Shown here: positions 59,260 to 64,000 of the stretch, piece after piece
Numbering within the stretch: position 1 is the stretch's first letter
Layout of the letters: each line of letters begins with the position of its first letter
From: Roseibacillus sp.
GTDB lineage: Bacteria > Verrucomicrobiota > Verrucomicrobiia > Verrucomicrobiales > Akkermansiaceae
Length of the DNA: 64,000 nt
NCBI GenBank assembly: GCA_051251855.1
Contig: JBPOGI010000001.1
Location: forward strand, 1,440,001 to 1,504,000
Reading direction: 5' to 3'
Notes under the pieces: generated by a model
The model's database searches: none
Seen by the model: only the letters and a program-made list of their open reading frames with translations
Told to the model about the DNA's origin: nothing
Translations under genes and position numbers: made by a program

Positions 59260-61365
59260 ATGAAACCAAAGCTATTTTTCCCATCAACATTGGTCGCCTT
59301 TTCCGTTCTTGGCCTCGCCTTCGCCGCAGCCAATCCTGTTGACTTCACTACCGGTTTCACCGTCGACACTCCTCTCGATGGCCAAAACGATTGGGTCACC
59401 GATGGAGGCGTCACCGTTAATAGCGCTGGCGCGACGGACAATGGCTTCAATTTTGGAATTCTCACGAGTGCCTCGGAAAGCCTCACCAAAGGAGGTTCGG
59501 TCACTTCCACCATCCAGTTCACCTACAGCGTGAATCCTGATGTCAATTCGACATCCCCCCTTCTCAACGTTGGATTCTTCAACAATTCCGATCCTGCCCT
59601 CGCGACAGGAGGCGATGCCGCTGTGCATGATCGACTTAATGCCTCCGTTGTTCGGATTGGTGACGGTCTCCGCATTCGCCTCTATCAGAACTGGGGTAAC
59701 CGAAGCCCAGCCGAAAATGGGGTCGATAATACCTTTGCGCAAACGGGTGGATCGAGTGGAATTGATACTGGACTCGACTCTAATGGAGCCGATCCCATGA
59801 GCATCGATGGCGATGAGGACCTCGACTCGGATGTGTTGGAACTTTCTCTCACCTTGACCGCAGGAGATGACGTCGATAGCTGGACCGCGGTAGCGACCCT
59901 TCGCAACGTGACTTCTGATTTTCTGATTCACACCCATACTCGAACCAACCTCTCGTTCGACGCCCTCGGAACGGCTCTCTATGGCGGCATCGGCTTTGGA
60001 CAAGGTGACGGCAACACTCAGACAACCAGTCGTACCATTTCGGACTTCAGCTTCGTCTCCACTCCTCTCGCCAGCGCGACCGAGTCGGTTGGCTTTATCG
60101 AATCAGAAAACTATTTCGATGGAAATCTCAACGCGAATGGTGACTGGTCCAGTGACGGGGACACATTGAGCGATGCTGCAGGAACCGGGATCGTGACTCT
60201 CGATGGATTCGACGATCACATTTATCAACCTCTCACCGGACTCCATATCGACGGTGCGACCTACCAAGCCTCCATCGATTTCACCTTCACTGATGATGCG
60301 ACCTACACTCCGCCGCTTGCACCCGGTGATCCGATTACCGACGTCAATCCGGCAAACAAGCCGATTCTCAACGTTGCGATTTTCAACCAAGGGAGCTCCA
60401 ATTCAACTTCGGCGGGTTTTGCAATCAGCTTCGCTGACCTCACCTCAAATGTGGTCACCATTGATACCACCACCGACCACGGCTTCGCGGCCGGGCAATC
60501 CGTTTTCGTGAAGGACGTCGACTTCCTAACAACCGATCCCAACGGAACCGTAGTCGTCACCTCGGTGCCAACGACCACCTCCTTCACCTACGCTCTTACC
60601 GGAGCAGATGAAGTTTACACACTCGACGGCAACTCCTACGCCTTCGACCCCAGCACTGCGACACCGCAACTCCGAGCTAGCATCGGGCGCGTTGGAGGCG
60701 ACTCCTATCGGGTCCAACTGCAATCTGGGTGGAATCGCTTTGCGACCAACGTTAACCCTCTCCCCTTCGTTGGTGGAGTGGAACAAGCCGTCGGAGCCCT
60801 CCAAGGCGCACCCATCCCTGCCCTAGACTTGGGGGTTGATCGCACCGCGGCAGTTCCCGCAGCAGGAGACCTCACCAGCGACAACCTACGTCTCAACCTG
60901 ACTCTCGCAGCTGGAGCAACGAACAATACTTGGGAGGCAACAATCGAGCTCTTCAATCTTGATAGTGCCACTCCTAGTGTCCCAATCGCGACCGAAGTCT
61001 ACCCCGACCTCACCAGCTTCACAGCGGAAGAGCTCTATGGAGGCTTCGGCGCTGGACAAAGCGACAATAACGTTAAGATCAGCAACCGCGATGTGGACAA
61101 CTTCAGCTTCGCGGTGACTTATCCCACCACCAGCCAACCGGTAGATATCGAAATCACTTCTTGCTCGTTCGATGGCTCGAATTTCACCGTTAACTTTACC
61201 GGAGCGGCCTCCTCGGACTTCAAGCTCACCTCTTCTCCCGACCTCGTCACCAGTTTCGGCGATACCGGCGAAACGACAACCACGGACGGCTCCGGTGTTG
61301 GCTCCTTTTCGTATGCAGTGACAGGCTCGCCCACTGAGAGTTTCTTCCGAGTAGAGGCCAACTAA
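59260..61365 (+). CDS. Secreted Thr/Asp/Gly-rich protein with two repeated beta-domains and C-terminal FFRV module
   Basis: Signal peptide; repeats ending GIGFGQGDGN..SR and GFGAGQSDNN..SNR; ends TESFFRVEAN. Confidence 0.8.
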   Translation: MKPKLFFPSTLVAFSVLGLAFAAANPVDFTTGFTVDTPLDGQNDWVTDGGVTVNSAGATDNGFNFGILTSASESLTKGGSVTSTIQFTYSVNPDVNSTSPLLNVGFFNNSDPALATGGDAAVHDRLNASVVRIGDGLRIRLYQNWGNRSPAENGVDNTFAQTGGSSGIDTGLDSNGADPMSIDGDEDLDSDVLELSLTLTAGDDVDSWTAVATLRNVTSDFLIHTHTRTNLSFDALGTALYGGIGFGQGDGNTQTTSRTISDFSFVSTPLASATESVGFIESENYFDGNLNANGDWSSDGDTLSDAAGTGIVTLDGFDDHIYQPLTGLHIDGATYQASIDFTFTDDATYTPPLAPGDPITDVNPANKPILNVAIFNQGSSNSTSAGFAISFADLTSNVVTIDTTTDHGFAAGQSVFVKDVDFLTTDPNGTVVVTSVPTTTSFTYALTGADEVYTLDGNSYAFDPSTATPQLRASIGRVGGDSYRVQLQSGWNRFATNVNPLPFVGGVEQAVGALQGAPIPALDLGVDRTAAVPAAGDLTSDNLRLNLTLAAGATNNTWEATIELFNLDSATPSVPIATEVYPDLTSFTAEELYGGFGAGQSDNNVKISNRDVDNFSFAVTYPTTSQPVDIEITSCSFDGSNFTVNFTGAASSDFKLTSSPDLVTSFGDTGETTTTDGSGVGSFSYAVTGSPTESFFRVEAN

Positions 61366-61448
61366 CAACCCTGAAGCTATCGAGGGAATTCTATCCTCAA
61401 CCGCGTATCTTAGGCCCTCGCTTTTTCAAAATCTCTTAAACAATTATC

Positions 61449-62288
61449 ATGCAAAAAAAACTCATCCTCAGCTACCTGTTCGCCGTATCCACCTCGGCAG
61501 GCATTGTGAGCGGAGCGAATATTCTCGTCGATTCCTTCACCGACACCAACGCGAACACCAACAATTTCGCCTACAATGGTCTCGGATGGCATTCGAAGAC
61601 GTTTTGGCAAGATGGCCCAACCGCCGATAGTCTCCAAGCTCGGCAAAACTTCGGCACCGATGGCGTAAATACCTTTGGGATTGCTCAAACGGTGTCTGTC
61701 GCCTCCTTAGGAATCGACGCAACCGACCTGACCTTAAGCTTCGATTGGACTCCCGATGCAACGGCAACCCAAGCGGTCTCCCTTGAACTCACCTATCAAC
61801 TCGTGGCTTGGGATACTGGTGGAGTCGCTCCAGATGCGGCAGATCCGATGTTCTATGGAATGAATTTCAATGGCACCACAATCGGAGGAGGCGTCAACTC
61901 ACCAATGCCAACGGGAACCATCGGGTTTGACCTCATCAGTGGAACCTTCAGCGACCCAGTCACGGTTAGTGGGGGAAGCCTCTTCGAGCATCCATCGACC
62001 GGTCAGCTTTTTCCCAATGGTCCCGTCGTTTCGAGCGCAGCAGGGGTCACGACCAGCTTCAGTCAAAGCTTCTCCTTGGATTTGGGAAGCAATTCGGTTC
62101 TCTCGGACTACGACTACGTTGGCGTTCGATTTTTCATCGGTGATGGCACCGCGAATGCCACAGACCCTGGAAATGATGGTGACGCCCTCATCTCCAACAT
62201 CTCACTGGACGCAGTCGCAGTTCCCGAACCCTCTGCAGCCCTGCTTTCTCTCTGTGCTCTTAGCCTTTTCTTGAGGCGCCGACGCTAA
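61449..62288 (+). CDS. PEP-CTERM sorting domain protein
   Basis: Signal peptide; C-terminal VPEPSAALLSLCALSLFLRRRR. Confidence 0.9.
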   Translation: MQKKLILSYLFAVSTSAGIVSGANILVDSFTDTNANTNNFAYNGLGWHSKTFWQDGPTADSLQARQNFGTDGVNTFGIAQTVSVASLGIDATDLTLSFDWTPDATATQAVSLELTYQLVAWDTGGVAPDAADPMFYGMNFNGTTIGGGVNSPMPTGTIGFDLISGTFSDPVTVSGGSLFEHPSTGQLFPNGPVVSSAAGVTTSFSQSFSLDLGSNSVLSDYDYVGVRFFIGDGTANATDPGNDGDALISNISLDAVAVPEPSAALLSLCALSLFLRRRR

Positions 62289-62316
62289 CCCCTCATCTTT
62301 TCGCAGGCAATCCCAC

Positions 62317-62350
62317 TAAAAATGCCATCCCAATTGGGATGGCATTTTTA
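62317..62350. terminator. Perfect 34-bp palindrome, intrinsic terminator
   Basis: TAAAAATGCCATCCCAA|TTGGGATGGCATTTTTA immediately after the PEP-CTERM gene. Confidence 0.85.
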
Positions 62351-62454
62351 CTTTCGGATGACGAAGCACCGAAAGAACAGTGACTAAATCCAAAGCATTT
62401 TTAAGCCATTCTAAATCTATTCTTGGTGCCCTCTCGTGCTATCATTTCCGCTCC

Positions 62455-63840
62455 ATGAGAAAAGTCCTTTCGTCTCTCCTGCTATCATTCTCGGTGTCAT
62501 TGGCATGGGCTGAAACCGAAATTAAGAAACCCAATATTCTCATGATCGCGATCGACGATCTCAATGATTGGGTTGGTTTTCTCGACGGGCATCCCCAAAC
62601 CCAGACGCCCAACATGGATCGTCTGGCGGCACAAGGAATGGTCTTCACCAACGCCCATTGCGCCGTCCCTTCTTGCAATCCCTCACGCTCGGCAATCATG
62701 AGCGGAATCGCTCCCTGGATATCTCACCTCTATTCCAATAATCAAGTGATGCGGGAAAGCCCCGTTCTCAAAGACGCCATCATGATGCCGAAATACTTCA
62801 GCAATCACGGCTACTTCTCACTCTCACGCGGCAAGATTTTTCACCACGCCGATATGGAGCAAGATTCCTGGGACCTTTGGAGCGACCAAAAGAAGGACAA
62901 AATCAAAGTCCCTAAAAATGAGCAAACCGACATGACTCCTTACGCGGCGGTCGAGGTTAAGGAGGCCCTCACCTTCGTTCAAAAACCGCAAATCTCGTGG
63001 ACCTCAACCCAGCAACCGAAGGAGCTTTCCAAAGACTACCAGAATGCCATCTGGGCCGCCCAATGGTTGACTGACCATGGAGAGAAAAAAGTGGAACAAC
63101 CCTTCTTCCTCGCCTGCGGAATCTTTCGTCCCCATCTCCCCTTCACCATTCCAGCGGAGTATTTCGAACGCATCAAGTTAGATAAGGTCACCCTCCCCCC
63201 CATCAAGGAAGACTACCAAGGCGTTCCCGCGGTCAAACCAACCACAGAGTATCAGGATGCCAAAGAGCGAGGTCTTCGCGAACAAGTCGTCTGGGCCTAT
63301 CTCGCCAGCATCGCCTACGCTGACGACTGCGTGGGCTGTATCCTCGACGCCTTGGAAGAAAGCCCTTACCGCGACAATACCATTGTCATTCTATGGAGCG
63401 ACCACGGATGGCATGTGGGAGAGAAACTTCGCTACAAAAAAACGACCCCGTGGGAACGAGCCACTCGATCACCGCTGATTATCAAGGCGCCCGGCCACTC
63501 CCCCGGACGCACCACGCGACCAGTAGGCCTCATCGACCTTTTCCCCACTCTCATCGACTTAGCCGACATCCCCGCGAAAGAAGAACTCTCTGGGCGTAGC
63601 CTCACTCCCCTGTTAAAAGACCCCGAGACGAAATGGGAGTTCCCCGCAATTACTCAAGTCGGTAAATCCAGCTACTCCATTCGCTCGGAGCGCTTTCGCT
63701 TCATCAAAAGTACTAAGCGGAACATCGAACTCTACGACTTAGAAACCGATCCGAGCGAATGGAATAACTTAGCCTCCGACCCGGCGCATGCCGAAGTACT
63801 CAAATCGCTCGATGCTCACCTCCCGAATTCGGAAAACTAA
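62455..63840 (+). CDS. Sulfatase (iduronate-2-sulfatase-like subgroup), secreted
   Basis: ATG 62455 with signal peptide; PNILMIAIDDLNDW, CNPSR, GKIFH, RPHLP, WSDHGWH. Confidence 0.93.
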   Translation: MRKVLSSLLLSFSVSLAWAETEIKKPNILMIAIDDLNDWVGFLDGHPQTQTPNMDRLAAQGMVFTNAHCAVPSCNPSRSAIMSGIAPWISHLYSNNQVMRESPVLKDAIMMPKYFSNHGYFSLSRGKIFHHADMEQDSWDLWSDQKKDKIKVPKNEQTDMTPYAAVEVKEALTFVQKPQISWTSTQQPKELSKDYQNAIWAAQWLTDHGEKKVEQPFFLACGIFRPHLPFTIPAEYFERIKLDKVTLPPIKEDYQGVPAVKPTTEYQDAKERGLREQVVWAYLASIAYADDCVGCILDALEESPYRDNTIVILWSDHGWHVGEKLRYKKTTPWERATRSPLIIKAPGHSPGRTTRPVGLIDLFPTLIDLADIPAKEELSGRSLTPLLKDPETKWEFPAITQVGKSSYSIRSERFRFIKSTKRNIELYDLETDPSEWNNLASDPAHAEVLKSLDAHLPNSEN

Positions 63841-64000
63841 CCACCTCACGATGCCGGTAGTCGCTTCGTCGGCACAAGCCGACAGCGCTCCCTGGGTATT
63901 GCGGACCAATAAAAAACTATCCTTCTTTCGGAAAGACAGCCCCAGCCTCCGCACGTATCCTAAAGAATCACGCAAACAACTTGCACCCAAATCCGCCAAA

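Noticed and set aside
29013..64000. Integrase, transposase, CRISPR array or defence system within the putative island
   Set aside because: No recombinase, transposase or Cas motifs and no repeat-spacer array seen in the window
63769..64000. Partial minus-strand ORF at the right edge
   Set aside because: Too short and overlaps the sulfatase end; no recognisable product

Overview
Bacterial chromosomal window, inferred to be from a marine-type member of the Verrucomicrobiota/PVC group (PEP-CTERM proteins, DUF1501/DUF1553/DUF1592/DUF1800 proteins, five Cys-type sulfatases, lamin-tail/CotH protein). All domain and family calls come from motif recognition by eye, not from database searches. The left part (1-28.9 kb) is core-like: ResB-like cytochrome c biogenesis gene, phoD, trkA, mnmE, hisC, cyclophilin, rlpA, ctaA, queE, transporters and two secreted endonuclease I proteins. 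Its most striking gene (8212-10365) is a GH1 glycosidase with both catalytic glutamates intact. Its barrel is interrupted by a family-3 substrate-binding-protein domain that appears circularly permuted, which suggests a natural ligand-gated enzyme. At 28984-29012 an isolated 29-nt 3' end of a tmRNA/tRNA-Ala sits next to a terminator, arm-like repeats and a start-less HTH ORF. This looks like the att boundary of an integrated island extending to the right. The right part (29.9-64 kb) holds an IorAB/XdhC/MocA molybdoenzyme cassette, an ECF sigma/anti-sigma-led sulfatase/DUF1553/DUF1501/GH2 locus with no TonB receptor, and a DUF1800/DUF1501/pseudopilin-like/PEP-CTERM cluster. Several secreted proteins share unnamed repeated beta-domains and a recurring 'D-x-D-G-D-G...F-F-R' module.
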